Positions 29,822 to 39,186 of a stretch of DNA of 64,000 bases are shown here, in pieces. Numbering within the stretch: the first letter of the stretch is position 1; the number at the start of each line of letters is the position of its first letter. The notes beneath the pieces are model-generated. The model was given only the letters and a program-made list of their open reading frames with translations, was not told the origin of the DNA and did not search any database. Origin of the DNA: Beijerinckiaceae bacterium (GTDB lineage Bacteria > Pseudomonadota > Alphaproteobacteria > Rhizobiales > Beijerinckiaceae); assembly GCA_947474545.1 (NCBI GenBank), contig CANJJI010000002.1, forward strand, positions 3,623 to 67,622, given 5' to 3'. Made by a program: the position numbers and the translations under genes.

Positions 29822-30361
29822 CTAGTGCCCGTCAAAAGACATCAATGTTCTGACTGGTACGCCCAACGCTTCAATTTTCTTGGCCCCACCCAATTCTGGC
29901 AGATTGATCACGAAACAGGCCGCAACCACTTCCGCCCCGATGGATTGCAGCAATTTCACCGCCCCTTCAGCGGTGCCTCCCGTGGCGATAAGATCGTCCA
30001 CAAGGATAACGCGGTCGCCGTTAGCAACAGCATCGCTGTGCACTTCCATCTCATCCACGCCATATTCCAGCGAATAGGCTATGGAAACGGTCGTGTGCGG
30101 CAGCTTGCCCTTCTTGCGGATAGGAATGAAACCGGCGGACAATTGATGCGCTACGGCCCCACCCAGAATAAAACCCCGCGCTTCCATACCCGCCACCTTG
30201 TCGATCCGCCGGCCGGCCCAGGGCTGCACGAGTTCATCCACCGCGCGGCGAAACGCGCGGGGATTGCCAAGCAAGGTGGTGATGTCGCGAAACATGATTC
30301 CGGGCTTGGGATAGTCCGGAATGGTGCGAACAGTTTCTTCCAGTGACGTGAAATTTGGCAT
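29822..30361 (-). CDS. apt: Adenine phosphoribosyltransferase
   Basis: [41 protein letters not shown]. Confidence 0.96.
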   Translation of the reverse strand: MPNFTSLEETVRTIPDYPKPGIMFRDITTLLGNPRAFRRAVDELVQPWAGRRIDKVAGMEARGFILGGAVAHQLSAGFIPIRKKGKLPHTTVSIAYSLEYGVDEMEVHSDAVANGDRVILVDDLIATGGTAEGAVKLLQSIGAEVVAACFVINLPELGGAKKIEALGVPVRTLMSFDGH

Positions 30362-30412
30362 TGTGAACCCGTATGGAGATTCTGTGACGGATTTCTGACG
30401 GCCCGGCCAGCA

Positions 30413-31387
30413 TCATCCCTGCAGGACAAACAAATCGTCGATCTTCACCTTCTTCTCGATCAGGAACTGGTCTTCGAGATATTGGTTCACAGCATCAAGC
30501 GTAGGCCGGTTGACCTCGACGCCATAGGGCCAGGGATCGCCGCCAAACACATCATCGATTTCGTCAAGATCCGCTGTCATCCATGGCAGCATGTAGCGCA
30601 ATGCGCCGATGTAGCGCATCTTTTCCAGAGCGTGATCTTTGGATTTCACGCAGGCATCGTAGAGGCTCTTGGCGATGAACGGGTGCTTTTCATAGACATC
30701 CCGCCGAATGGCGATCAGATGCATGATCGGGAAAATCTTTTTGGTGCGATAAAGATTTTTCTCGACCTCGCGATAATCAGGAAAGAGCCTGACGATGTCC
30801 GGGTTAGTCTTGATGGCATTGGGCAACGTCGTGCCAATAATCGCAGAAATATCGCCGCTTTCCAGGAGGTCGCCCAAGGTCTTGCCATCGGGTTTTTTCT
30901 CGATGCGCACAGGTTTCACCAGTGGCATGATCGTCGGATTACCGTGCGAACCCTCGCCATTGATGGAGCCCTGCACCCAGGTGATGCCTGAGAGATCTAC
31001 ACCATAATCGCGTTGCAAATGACCCTTGATGAAGATCGCCGCCGTCATCGTGTAGAGCGGCACGCCAATGCGTTTGCCCTCAAGATCCTTGACCGATTTG
31101 ATATGCTTGCGATTGATGGTGATCATACCGTGACGGAACACACGCGATGGAAACACGGGTATGGCGACAAAGGTCCGGTCGCCCTGCGCATAACGCTGGA
31201 TGAATTCGGAACAGGAGAATTCGGAGGCATCGAAGGCATTTCCCCCCGCCATCCGGTCAAAAATCTCGCGCGGGGAATCCACACGCACAAAATCAAGATC
31301 GATGCCTTCGGGCTTCACGTCTCCGGTGTAGAGCGCCAGCATGCGGTCATAAAGACCTGTCGCAAACGAGAGTTTCAGATTAGCCAT
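30413..31387 (-). CDS. 4,5-dihydroxyphthalate decarboxylase-family protein
   Basis: YDRMLAL..G.VKPEGIDL, FDASEFS, AIPVFPSRVFRH, FPIMHLIAIR, DPWPYGV. Confidence 0.7.
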   Translation of the reverse strand: MANLKLSFATGLYDRMLALYTGDVKPEGIDLDFVRVDSPREIFDRMAGGNAFDASEFSCSEFIQRYAQGDRTFVAIPVFPSRVFRHGMITINRKHIKSVKDLEGKRIGVPLYTMTAAIFIKGHLQRDYGVDLSGITWVQGSINGEGSHGNPTIMPLVKPVRIEKKPDGKTLGDLLESGDISAIIGTTLPNAIKTNPDIVRLFPDYREVEKNLYRTKKIFPIMHLIAIRRDVYEKHPFIAKSLYDACVKSKDHALEKMRYIGALRYMLPWMTADLDEIDDVFGGDPWPYGVEVNRPTLDAVNQYLEDQFLIEKKVKIDDLFVLQG

Positions 31388-31404
31388 ATTTCCTCCAAGT
31401 GTTC

Positions 31405-32319
31405 TCAGCCGCCAGTTACGACAGGCGCGATGGATTTGACAATGGAGGCGTCCAGCGCCTCGTAATCGTGATAGCCTATGGTCTGATAAAGTTCGGCCCG
31501 CGTCATCATGCGCTGGACCATGCCATGCGTTCCGCCATCGCTGCGAATCGCGGCGTAGAGATCGCGCTGGGCCTTTGCCGCGACGCGCAGTGCGCTGACT
31601 GGCCAGATCACCATTTTGTAGCCCATGTCCTGAAATTCGCCGGCCTTAAAGAACGGCGTACGCCCGAACTCCGTCATATTGGCCAGTAGCGGCGCGTCGA
31701 TGGCCTTGGCAAAAGCCCTGAACATTTTTTCATCTGTCAAGGCCTCCGGAAAAATAGCGTCTGCTCCGGCAGCAAGATATCTTTTGGCCCGGGCAATCGC
31801 CCCGTCCATGCCCTCGCTGGCGGCTGCATCTGTACGGGCGATGATATAGAGATGACGGCGGGCGCGGCGGGCCGCAGCAATCTTGGCCGCCATATCATCC
31901 GCGCTGGCGAGCTTTTTGTCGTTGAGATGTCCGCATTTCTTCGGCAGCAGCTGGTCCTCGATATGAACCGCCGCCGCGCCCGCGTCCTCGAAGGCACGCA
32001 CCATATGCATCACGTTCAACGCCTCGCCATAACCGGTGTCGCCATCCACCAGCACGGGCAACCCGGATGAGCGCGCTACCTGCCGGATGAAGAAGCAGGC
32101 GTCTTCCACGGTAATGATGCCAAGATCCGGCAGGCCCATGGAAGCGCTCATGGCCGCGCCTGAGAGGTAGAGCGCCGAAAATCCCTCAGCCTTCGCTTGC
32201 GCCGCAGCAAGCCCATTATGGGCGCCCGGCATTTGCAGGATTTCCGGCTGCACCAAAAGTGTCCGAAACCGTTCACCTGCAGGTGTATCGCTCGAATTCT
32301 GTCCTTCCAGATAGGTCAT
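31405..32319 (-). CDS. prpB: Methylisocitrate lyase (ICL/PEP-mutase family)
   Basis: LYLSGAA, DGDTGYG, IEDQ..PKKCGH, ARTDA, ANMTEFG. Confidence 0.8.
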   Translation of the reverse strand: MTYLEGQNSSDTPAGERFRTLLVQPEILQMPGAHNGLAAAQAKAEGFSALYLSGAAMSASMGLPDLGIITVEDACFFIRQVARSSGLPVLVDGDTGYGEALNVMHMVRAFEDAGAAAVHIEDQLLPKKCGHLNDKKLASADDMAAKIAAARRARRHLYIIARTDAAASEGMDGAIARAKRYLAAGADAIFPEALTDEKMFRAFAKAIDAPLLANMTEFGRTPFFKAGEFQDMGYKMVIWPVSALRVAAKAQRDLYAAIRSDGGTHGMVQRMMTRAELYQTIGYHDYEALDASIVKSIAPVVTGG

Positions 32320-32428
32320 CGTCCGATCCCCTCCCAGCCTGCGCGAATTCGCAACTTGTCACGGGTGAGGCTGCAATGGCAATGTCTGCCGGAAAACACC
32401 CGGGACCGGGACCAACAGGGAGGCAGCG

Positions 32429-33406
32429 ATGCCGGACGATGCATCAAAGGTAACGCCAGAGGATTTCAACCGGGCGGCCAATATGGACGAGCTGTTCGGC
32501 TTGCTCGACAAGATCGGTGTGAACAATGGCTGGGCCAAGAAAACGCCCTCGCTCTGGCCACTGCCGAACAAGGATTTCGTACCAGCCCATTGGCGCTACA
32601 CTCAGGCCAAAGCCGCGCTCGACGCCGCCGGACGCTTCGTCAATACCGAGCTGGCCGAACGGCGCAATCTCATCATGTACAACCCCATCGAAGGCAATGA
32701 TTATGCGACGGTGAAGACGCTGATCTCGGCCTATCAGATGGTCAAGGCGGGCGAGACAGCAAAATCGCATCGCCATTCTGCCAATGCTCTGCGCCTCGTG
32801 CTCGATTCCAAGCCGGACATGTTCACCATCGTCGACGGCAAGAAAATTCCCATGGAGCCCGGCGACGTACTGCTGACGCCCAACTGGTCCTGGCATGCCC
32901 ATGCCAACGAGAGCATTGCCGACGCCTATTGGATGGATGTTCTCGACGTGCCAACAGTGCACCTGCTGGGCCCCATGTTTTTTGAACATCATCCCGACGG
33001 GATCGAAAAGGCCGAAGAGATCGCTGACGATACGCCCATGCGCTTCCCCTGGAAAGTGACACAGGCCCGCCTCGACGCAGCGCCGGATGCCGCGCCGGGC
33101 CGCCGCGAGATTTCACTCGAACCTTTCATGGACACCACTGCGCTTGAAGTCATCCGGCTCGAGGCCGGCGCTTCCATGCAGGTCGAACCCAGCACTTTGA
33201 GCGCGATCTACGCGATCATGGATGGGACTGGCACAGCCGTCATTGATGGCAAGAGTTTCGATTGGGCCCGTGGTGACGCCCTCGCCGTGCCCGCATCCAC
33301 GCAACACGTGTGGACTGCCAAGGAGCGCTGCCACCTGCTACGCGCCAGCGACCGGCCCTTGCTTCAAAAGCTGAACTGGCTGAAACCAGTCCCGGTGAGG
33401 GCATGA
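32429..33406 (+). CDS. Gentisate 1,2-dioxygenase-family cupin (ring-cleavage dioxygenase)
   Basis: AERRNLIM.NP, YQMVKAGE, SHRHS, TPNWSWHAH, WMDVLDVP; second cupin domain lacks the HxH motif. Confidence 0.8.
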   Translation: MPDDASKVTPEDFNRAANMDELFGLLDKIGVNNGWAKKTPSLWPLPNKDFVPAHWRYTQAKAALDAAGRFVNTELAERRNLIMYNPIEGNDYATVKTLISAYQMVKAGETAKSHRHSANALRLVLDSKPDMFTIVDGKKIPMEPGDVLLTPNWSWHAHANESIADAYWMDVLDVPTVHLLGPMFFEHHPDGIEKAEEIADDTPMRFPWKVTQARLDAAPDAAPGRREISLEPFMDTTALEVIRLEAGASMQVEPSTLSAIYAIMDGTGTAVIDGKSFDWARGDALAVPASTQHVWTAKERCHLLRASDRPLLQKLNWLKPVPVRA

Positions 33407-33500
33407 GATTGGAGCGCGAACCTCCCGGTCCGCAGTTGACAAAGTAAGTGCGGACCAGAAGTCCACTCACCAACAAATCACACAAGAGGAAACGCATCAT

Positions 33501-34256
33501 ATGACTGGCAAGGATCAATCTGCACTCGACAAAGTCATCGGCGAACTCGTCGCCGCCAATCGTATTCTCGGCAATGAAGGCGTGTGCGACGCTTACGGCC
33601 ACATCAGCCATCGCCATCCCCATGACCCCACGAAATTCCTGCTGTCGCGTTCGCGCAGCCCCGAACTCGTGGAGCCGGAGGACATCATGACCTTCGACTT
33701 TCAGGGCAATCCTCAGGATGGCCGTACCGATCCCATGTATTACGAACGCTTCATTCACTGCGGCATCTACGAAGCCAATCCGGACGTGAATTGTGTCGTC
33801 CATTCCCATGCACGCGGTGTGCTGGCGTTCACAATTTCAGATGTAAAGCTGGTGCCCGTTGTACACACCGGCGCCTCCTGCGGATGCGAAATGCCGGTCT
33901 GGGATATCGAAGACAAGTTCGGCGCAACCAATCTTCTGGTCGCCAATGTGGATCAGGGCCGCGATCTCGCCAAGACATTGGGCAAGAACCGCGTCGCGCT
34001 GATGCGCGGCCACGGCTTTGCCGCTGCAGGCCGGACGCTTTCCGAAGCTCTGCGCATCTCCATTTATCTACCCCAGAACGCACAAACGCAGATGGAAGCC
34101 ATGTTGCTGGGCGGCAGGTTCAAGGCGCTGACCGCAGGCGAGATGGAAGTGCGCGCGGCCGCAGGCCCCGATGGCAGCGACATCGCCCGCGCCATGCAAT
34201 ACTGGGCGCGCCGCGCCAATTGCGAGCATTTCCTGACCTACAAGAAGAGCGTGTAA
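33501..34256 (+). CDS. Class II aldolase/adducin-fold protein resembling 3-hydroxy-2-methylpyridine-4,5-dicarboxylate decarboxylase
   Basis: ANRILGNEG..DAYGHIS, YERFIH..IY...PDV..VVHSH, LMRGHG align by eye to the M. loti Mlr6791 sequence as recalled. Confidence 0.65.
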   Translation: MTGKDQSALDKVIGELVAANRILGNEGVCDAYGHISHRHPHDPTKFLLSRSRSPELVEPEDIMTFDFQGNPQDGRTDPMYYERFIHCGIYEANPDVNCVVHSHARGVLAFTISDVKLVPVVHTGASCGCEMPVWDIEDKFGATNLLVANVDQGRDLAKTLGKNRVALMRGHGFAAAGRTLSEALRISIYLPQNAQTQMEAMLLGGRFKALTAGEMEVRAAAGPDGSDIARAMQYWARRANCEHFLTYKKSV

Positions 34257-34313
34257 GAAAAAATGGTTGCTCTCTCTGTATGCTGGGAGAACAACCCTTA
34301 CCGATTGGATGCT

Positions 34314-35333
34314 ATGATGCCCAAACAGATATATTGCTCTTTTCTCGCTATAACTCTGCTGGCGGCATCAGGCGTCTCGTCCCATGCGCAATCTATAGCC
34401 GATTTTTATCGTGGCAAAACCGCCACGATGATGATCGGCGTTAGCGCAGGTGGCGAATATGATTTGCAGGCACGGCTGATCGCCCGGCATATCGGCAAGT
34501 ATATTCCCGGAAACCCCACGTTCATCGCGCAGAACATGACAGGTGCAGGCGGCATCATCATGGCCTCCCACCTTTATGGAATTGCGCCGCAGGACGGATC
34601 AGTCGTGGGCGTTATCCAAAACGGATTTCCGGCGATGCAGGCGATCGGCAAGCGCAAGGTCGCATTTGAATCGGCCAGATTTCACTGGATTGGCTCCATC
34701 AATTCCACCGTGGAAACCATGGCGCTGTGGAAGACCGCCGGTGCGAAAAATGTCGACGAAGCCCGGCAAAAGGAAATCCCCATTGGTTCGGTCGGCAACG
34801 CCAACATCACCTATGGCTTTCCGATGCTGATGAACGAATTCGCAGGCACGAAATTCAAGATGGTGATCGGCTATCGCGGCGGCAACGACATCAACCTCGC
34901 CATGGAGCGCGGTGAAGTCGGCGGCCGCAACAACACCTGGTCGAGCTGGAAATCAACCCGCAGCGATTGGCTGAAGAACAAGGATATCTATATCCTCGCC
35001 TATGGCGGACCAACCCCGCCCGACATCGGCGATGTCCCTTCGCTGGAAAGCCTCGCCAAAACTGAAGAAGAACGCATGGTCATGCGGCTTGTCCTATCCG
35101 GCACCAATTTCGGCCGCCCCATGGTCGTGCCACCTGGCGTGCCGATGGATCGGGTCACCGCCATTCGCAAGGCTTTTCTCGACATGACGAAAGACCCTGC
35201 TTTCATCAAGGAAGCCGAGACGATGAAAATAGACATCGATCCGCAACGCGGCGAGGACATGGAAAAGATCATCCGCGAAATCATGGCTTACCCCGACAGC
35301 GTCAAGGCGCGTGCAGCCGATTTTGTGGAATGA
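34314..35333 (+). CDS. Bug/TctC-family substrate-binding protein (divergent clade)
   Basis: AQSIADFYRGKT, GGEYD..AR, NMTGAGG, GYRGGND..LAMERGEV, GRPMVVPPGVP; start moved to MMPKQ. Confidence 0.85.
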   Translation: MMPKQIYCSFLAITLLAASGVSSHAQSIADFYRGKTATMMIGVSAGGEYDLQARLIARHIGKYIPGNPTFIAQNMTGAGGIIMASHLYGIAPQDGSVVGVIQNGFPAMQAIGKRKVAFESARFHWIGSINSTVETMALWKTAGAKNVDEARQKEIPIGSVGNANITYGFPMLMNEFAGTKFKMVIGYRGGNDINLAMERGEVGGRNNTWSSWKSTRSDWLKNKDIYILAYGGPTPPDIGDVPSLESLAKTEEERMVMRLVLSGTNFGRPMVVPPGVPMDRVTAIRKAFLDMTKDPAFIKEAETMKIDIDPQRGEDMEKIIREIMAYPDSVKARAADFVE

Positions 35334-35355
35334 CTTGAGAACTGGAACAAGAATC

Positions 35356-36303
35356 ATGAAAGTTGTCGTTTATGCGCAAGGCGTGCGCTCGGAAGTCGTC
35401 AATCTGATCACCGGCTCAGGTCAGGGCGATATTATAGCCGCCAAGGCAACGGAAATTGAAGCCGCTCTCGCCGATGCCGATGGTCTGGTGTTGCAGGATT
35501 TTGTGTGGACACCGGAACTTCTGGCGATCACACAGAAGTCGCCCAAGCTGAAATGGATCCAGCTGCTCACCTCGGGCTACGACCGTATGACGCAATATGG
35601 CGTGCCCAGGGACGTCACCATCTGTAATGCGCGCGGGGCATTTTCCCATTCGGTCGCAGTCCATGCCGTTGGCCTTTATCTCGCGCTGCTGCGCGGCGTG
35701 CCAACGATTCTGACCCAACAAAAAGAAAGTTCCTGGCAACGCGATTTCGCCAATGTTCTGGCCGTGCCCGCTGAATCCAGTGTCGTCATTCTCGGCTTTG
35801 GCTCGATTGGTCAGGAGATCGCCCGATTGCTGAAACCCTTTGGCCCTCACATTACAGGCGTCACCCGTTCCGGTGCGCCACATGCGCTCGCTGACAAGAT
35901 GGTCAGGGCGTCAGAGGCTCAAGGCGCGCTGCAAAATGCCGACGCCATCTTTCTCTCCATGCCACTGGACGGCGCAACGCGCCATGCCATCGGGACCGAA
36001 CAGCTCAAGAGCTACAAGCGCAACGCTGTACTGATTAACGTCGGCCGCGGCGGATTGTGGGATCAGAACGCGCTCGCACAGGGCCTGCATGACGGCCTGA
36101 TTGCAGGTGCGGCAACCGACGTCACTGATCCCGAACCATTGCCTGCAGATCACCCCCTCTGGACCGCGCCCAATTTTATCCTCTCTCCGCATGTATCGGG
36201 GGCATCGGGCGAAGTTGGCTACAAATCCCAGGCCGGTATCGCAATCGACAATATCGCGCGTTACCGGCGCGGCGAAAAACTCGAGAACATCGTCACCGTG
36301 TAG
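35356..36303 (+). CDS. D-2-hydroxyacid dehydrogenase-family protein
   Basis: LGFGSIG, INVGRG, TDVTDPEPLP, LSPHVSG; start moved to MKVVV. Confidence 0.88.
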   Translation: MKVVVYAQGVRSEVVNLITGSGQGDIIAAKATEIEAALADADGLVLQDFVWTPELLAITQKSPKLKWIQLLTSGYDRMTQYGVPRDVTICNARGAFSHSVAVHAVGLYLALLRGVPTILTQQKESSWQRDFANVLAVPAESSVVILGFGSIGQEIARLLKPFGPHITGVTRSGAPHALADKMVRASEAQGALQNADAIFLSMPLDGATRHAIGTEQLKSYKRNAVLINVGRGGLWDQNALAQGLHDGLIAGAATDVTDPEPLPADHPLWTAPNFILSPHVSGASGEVGYKSQAGIAIDNIARYRRGEKLENIVTV

Positions 36304-36312
36304 AGACTGATC

Positions 36313-37497
36313 ATGCGCATCGCCAAACTCGAAACCTTTCACGCAGATGGCGGCTGGCGCGTCTGGTCGTTCCTGAAAATCACAACGGACGACAGCCTCA
36401 CCGGCTGGTGCGAATATAATGAAGGCTTTGGCGCCGGCGGCGTAACCGAGCTCATCGCAAAATTTACGCCCATCGTCACAGGCATGGACCCGCGCGCAGT
36501 GGGCCGCATCTCCACACAGTTGCGCGCCCTCACAAGACTCGCAACCGGCGGGCTTAACCATCAGGCCATTGCCGCAATCGAAAACGCCTGCCTCGACATC
36601 AAGGGCAAGGCCGCCGGTGTCCCGGTTTATGCATTGTTCGGCGGGCCTTTTCGCGAAAAGCTGCCGGTCTATTGGTCCCATTGCGCGAGCTTCCGCGTAT
36701 GGCGGCGAGACTTCTTCGAGCAAAAGCTTGGAATGAAACCGATCCGCACGCTCGACGATGTCAAGGCGCTGGGGCGCGAAGCCGTTGAGCGCGGATTTAC
36801 CGCCATCAAGACCAACCCGCTCAATCTCTGGCCCCATTCAAAGTCATTCAATTCAGGCTTCCGCATGGCACCTGACATGCTGGAACGCCACCCCAGCGAT
36901 TTCGCTATTTCCGAAATGCGCGAAGTGCTCGCCGCTTTTCGCGAAGGCGTAGGGCCGCACACCGGCATCATGTTCGATCTCAACTTCAACCAGCGCCCCG
37001 AAGGGTTTTTGCGCATTGCCCGGGCGCTTGAAGAATACAATCTGCAATGGCTGGAAATTGATATTCACGATGCCGATGCATTGGGATATATCCGCTCACA
37101 GGTAAAAACTCCCATCGCCTCGCTTGAAGCCGTGCACGGCATGGCCGCCTATCGCCCCTTCTTTGAAAAGCGCGCTGTTGATGTCGCTGTTGTCGACGTG
37201 CCCTGGAATGGTCTTTGGGAATCGACACGCATCGCAACATTGGCGGACGCCTATGAAGTCGATTGCGCGCCTCATAATTTTTATGGCGACCTCGCCAGCA
37301 TTATGAGCGCCCATTTCTGCGCCGCCATTCCGAACTTCCGCATCATGGAGCTGGAAGTCGACGATGTCCCGTGGAAGAGCGAATTCGTATCAGTGCCACC
37401 AGTCGTGGAGAAAGGCCTGTTCCATGTGCCAACCGGCCCAGGCTGGGGCACGGATGTGAACGAAGAAGCTTTGAAGAAATACGTGGTGAAGAAATAG
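36313..37497 (+). CDS. Mandelate racemase/muconate lactonizing (enolase superfamily) enzyme
   Basis: KITTDD..TGW.E, ACLDIKGK..GVPVY.LFGG, IKTN, MFDLN, WLE, APHN, PTGPGWG. Confidence 0.88.
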   Translation: MRIAKLETFHADGGWRVWSFLKITTDDSLTGWCEYNEGFGAGGVTELIAKFTPIVTGMDPRAVGRISTQLRALTRLATGGLNHQAIAAIENACLDIKGKAAGVPVYALFGGPFREKLPVYWSHCASFRVWRRDFFEQKLGMKPIRTLDDVKALGREAVERGFTAIKTNPLNLWPHSKSFNSGFRMAPDMLERHPSDFAISEMREVLAAFREGVGPHTGIMFDLNFNQRPEGFLRIARALEEYNLQWLEIDIHDADALGYIRSQVKTPIASLEAVHGMAAYRPFFEKRAVDVAVVDVPWNGLWESTRIATLADAYEVDCAPHNFYGDLASIMSAHFCAAIPNFRIMELEVDDVPWKSEFVSVPPVVEKGLFHVPTGPGWGTDVNEEALKKYVVKK

Positions 37498-37537
37498 ATA
37501 GTCCTCAACTAAGAGGGCGGCACACCGGAGACAGATC

Positions 37538-38536
37538 ATGATCAAGCTGGGCCTCTGGACACCTCTGCCGCACACCATCAGGCCGGAGCCTGAGATTGAT
37601 CTTGCGCTCAGCGATCTGAAGACGCGGGGCCAGGGGCTCGCCCAGGACCGTTCATTTCAGTTTGCGCTGAAAGCTGTAAAAGAAGCGGAGGATATGGGCT
37701 TTGACATTACGCTTGTTGCAGAGCGGCTCGTTGCAGCAGACCTCGAAGCCTGGGTCGTTTCCTCCGCACTGGCTGTCCTGACAGCCAAAATCGAGATCAT
37801 GACAGCCGTTCATCCCGGCATCATCAATCCGCAACTGGCAGCGAAAATGGGTGCGTCGCTGGATCGTCTGACAGGCGGGCGTTTTGCGATCAACGTGGTG
37901 CCGGGCCGCCGCACGCATGAGTTCGATCTCTATGGCAACGGCGGCTGGGTCGAAAAGGGCCAGGATCACTACAAGCGTGTGGACGAATTCATCCGTGTCT
38001 TGAAATCCATGTGGACCGAAGATGATTTCTCGTTTGATGGTCAGTTTTATCACGCCACAAAAGGCTCGATGCTGACCAAATCAATACGCGAACCTCACCC
38101 TCCTATCTATGCGGCCAGCGGCGCAGATGAAGGGATGGAAATCATCGCCCGCGAATGCGCTCTCTGGTTTGTTTCATATGGCGACGGCATCGATGCGTAT
38201 GAAGAAAATGTCGCCCATATTGCGCGTGATATAACCATCATGAAAACTCGGGCAGCACGGTACGATCGCGATATAGGTTTTGGTATATCGACGCTGATCG
38301 CCTGTTCGGATGACCCATCAGCGCTAATCGAAGATGCCCGGCGGTTTGCGCAGGATCCCCTGCACAATGTGCCCATCAAGGCGCTAGGCGCGGGTCTAAT
38401 CGGAACGCCGCAGCTCATAGCGGACCGCATACGCCGCTATGAGGATATGGGGATGAGCTTGCTGATGCTGCAATTCCATCCGTTCATGGATGGACTGCGC
38501 ACCTTTGCCGACCGCGTCATGCCGCTTCTGAAATAG
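37538..38536 (+). CDS. LLM flavin-dependent monooxygenase (SsuD-like)
   Basis: EDMGFD, IMTAVHPG, GGRFAINVV, PHPPIYAA, LIGTP. Confidence 0.87.
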   Translation: MIKLGLWTPLPHTIRPEPEIDLALSDLKTRGQGLAQDRSFQFALKAVKEAEDMGFDITLVAERLVAADLEAWVVSSALAVLTAKIEIMTAVHPGIINPQLAAKMGASLDRLTGGRFAINVVPGRRTHEFDLYGNGGWVEKGQDHYKRVDEFIRVLKSMWTEDDFSFDGQFYHATKGSMLTKSIREPHPPIYAASGADEGMEIIARECALWFVSYGDGIDAYEENVAHIARDITIMKTRAARYDRDIGFGISTLIACSDDPSALIEDARRFAQDPLHNVPIKALGAGLIGTPQLIADRIRRYEDMGMSLLMLQFHPFMDGLRTFADRVMPLLK

Positions 38537-38601
38537 AGCGTTTGCAGGACCATGGATTCCGGTTTTCCGTCCGCCAACTCGGATAAACCAAGTGCTATGG
38601 C

Positions 38602-38991
38602 TCAGGCCGCGGTTTTCAGCACATTCTCGATACTGGCCTTCAACGCTGACGGGCGCATCGGCTTGACGATCAACCGGACTGCGCCGAGGTCTTTGGCCGA
38701 ACTCATGACCTTCCAGTCGCCGTCCATCGTCAGGAAGACCACCGGTGGTGCCTCTTCGCCGAATTCTTCGCGCAAATGTTCGAGGAGCTCTGCGCCGCCC
38801 TTGGGCTGCATGTGCCAGTCTGACAGAACCCATGCGTATTTCCGGTCGCGAATTTTCGCCAGGGCCTCGTTGCCATCGCAAGCTTCGTCAACGTAGAAAA
38901 AGCCCAGTTGATTCAAGCAGCCCTTGATGACTTGACGCATGGAGGCCACGTCGTCGACGACGAGGATGACCTCGTCCCGCTTGTAGCTCAT
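38602..38991 (-). CDS. Stand-alone CheY-like receiver protein
   Basis: LVVDD, LSDWHMQPKGG phospho-acceptor, FLT, IVKP; 129 aa with no output domain. Confidence 0.88.
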   Translation of the reverse strand: MSYKRDEVILVVDDVASMRQVIKGCLNQLGFFYVDEACDGNEALAKIRDRKYAWVLSDWHMQPKGGAELLEHLREEFGEEAPPVVFLTMDGDWKVMSSAKDLGAVRLIVKPMRPSALKASIENVLKTAA

Positions 38992-39094
38992 GATATGGTT
39001 TCCCTTGCTTAACTTTTTACGCGTCCCGATACCGGCAATACGCGCAGATCGTGAAAGAGCTTATGAAATGAAAGGTAAAATTTGATATTTCCCT

Positions 39095-39122
39095 TACGGA
39101 AGCGACCTTGAGGCCGCTTCCG
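39095..39122. terminator. Hairpin between the hydrolase stop and the cheY-like gene
   Basis: acggaagcg/cgcttccgt 9-bp stem; coordinates approximate. Confidence 0.4.
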
Positions 39123-39186
39123 TCCCGCCATGGTTAATGTATCCTAACAATTGGCGGCAGGATAACAGCCTGTTTATGAATGAACA

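Noticed and set aside
31405-33406. Complete methylcitrate cycle or canonical gentisate pathway
   Set aside because: prpC, prpD/acnD, maleylpyruvate isomerase and fumarylpyruvate hydrolase are absent from the window
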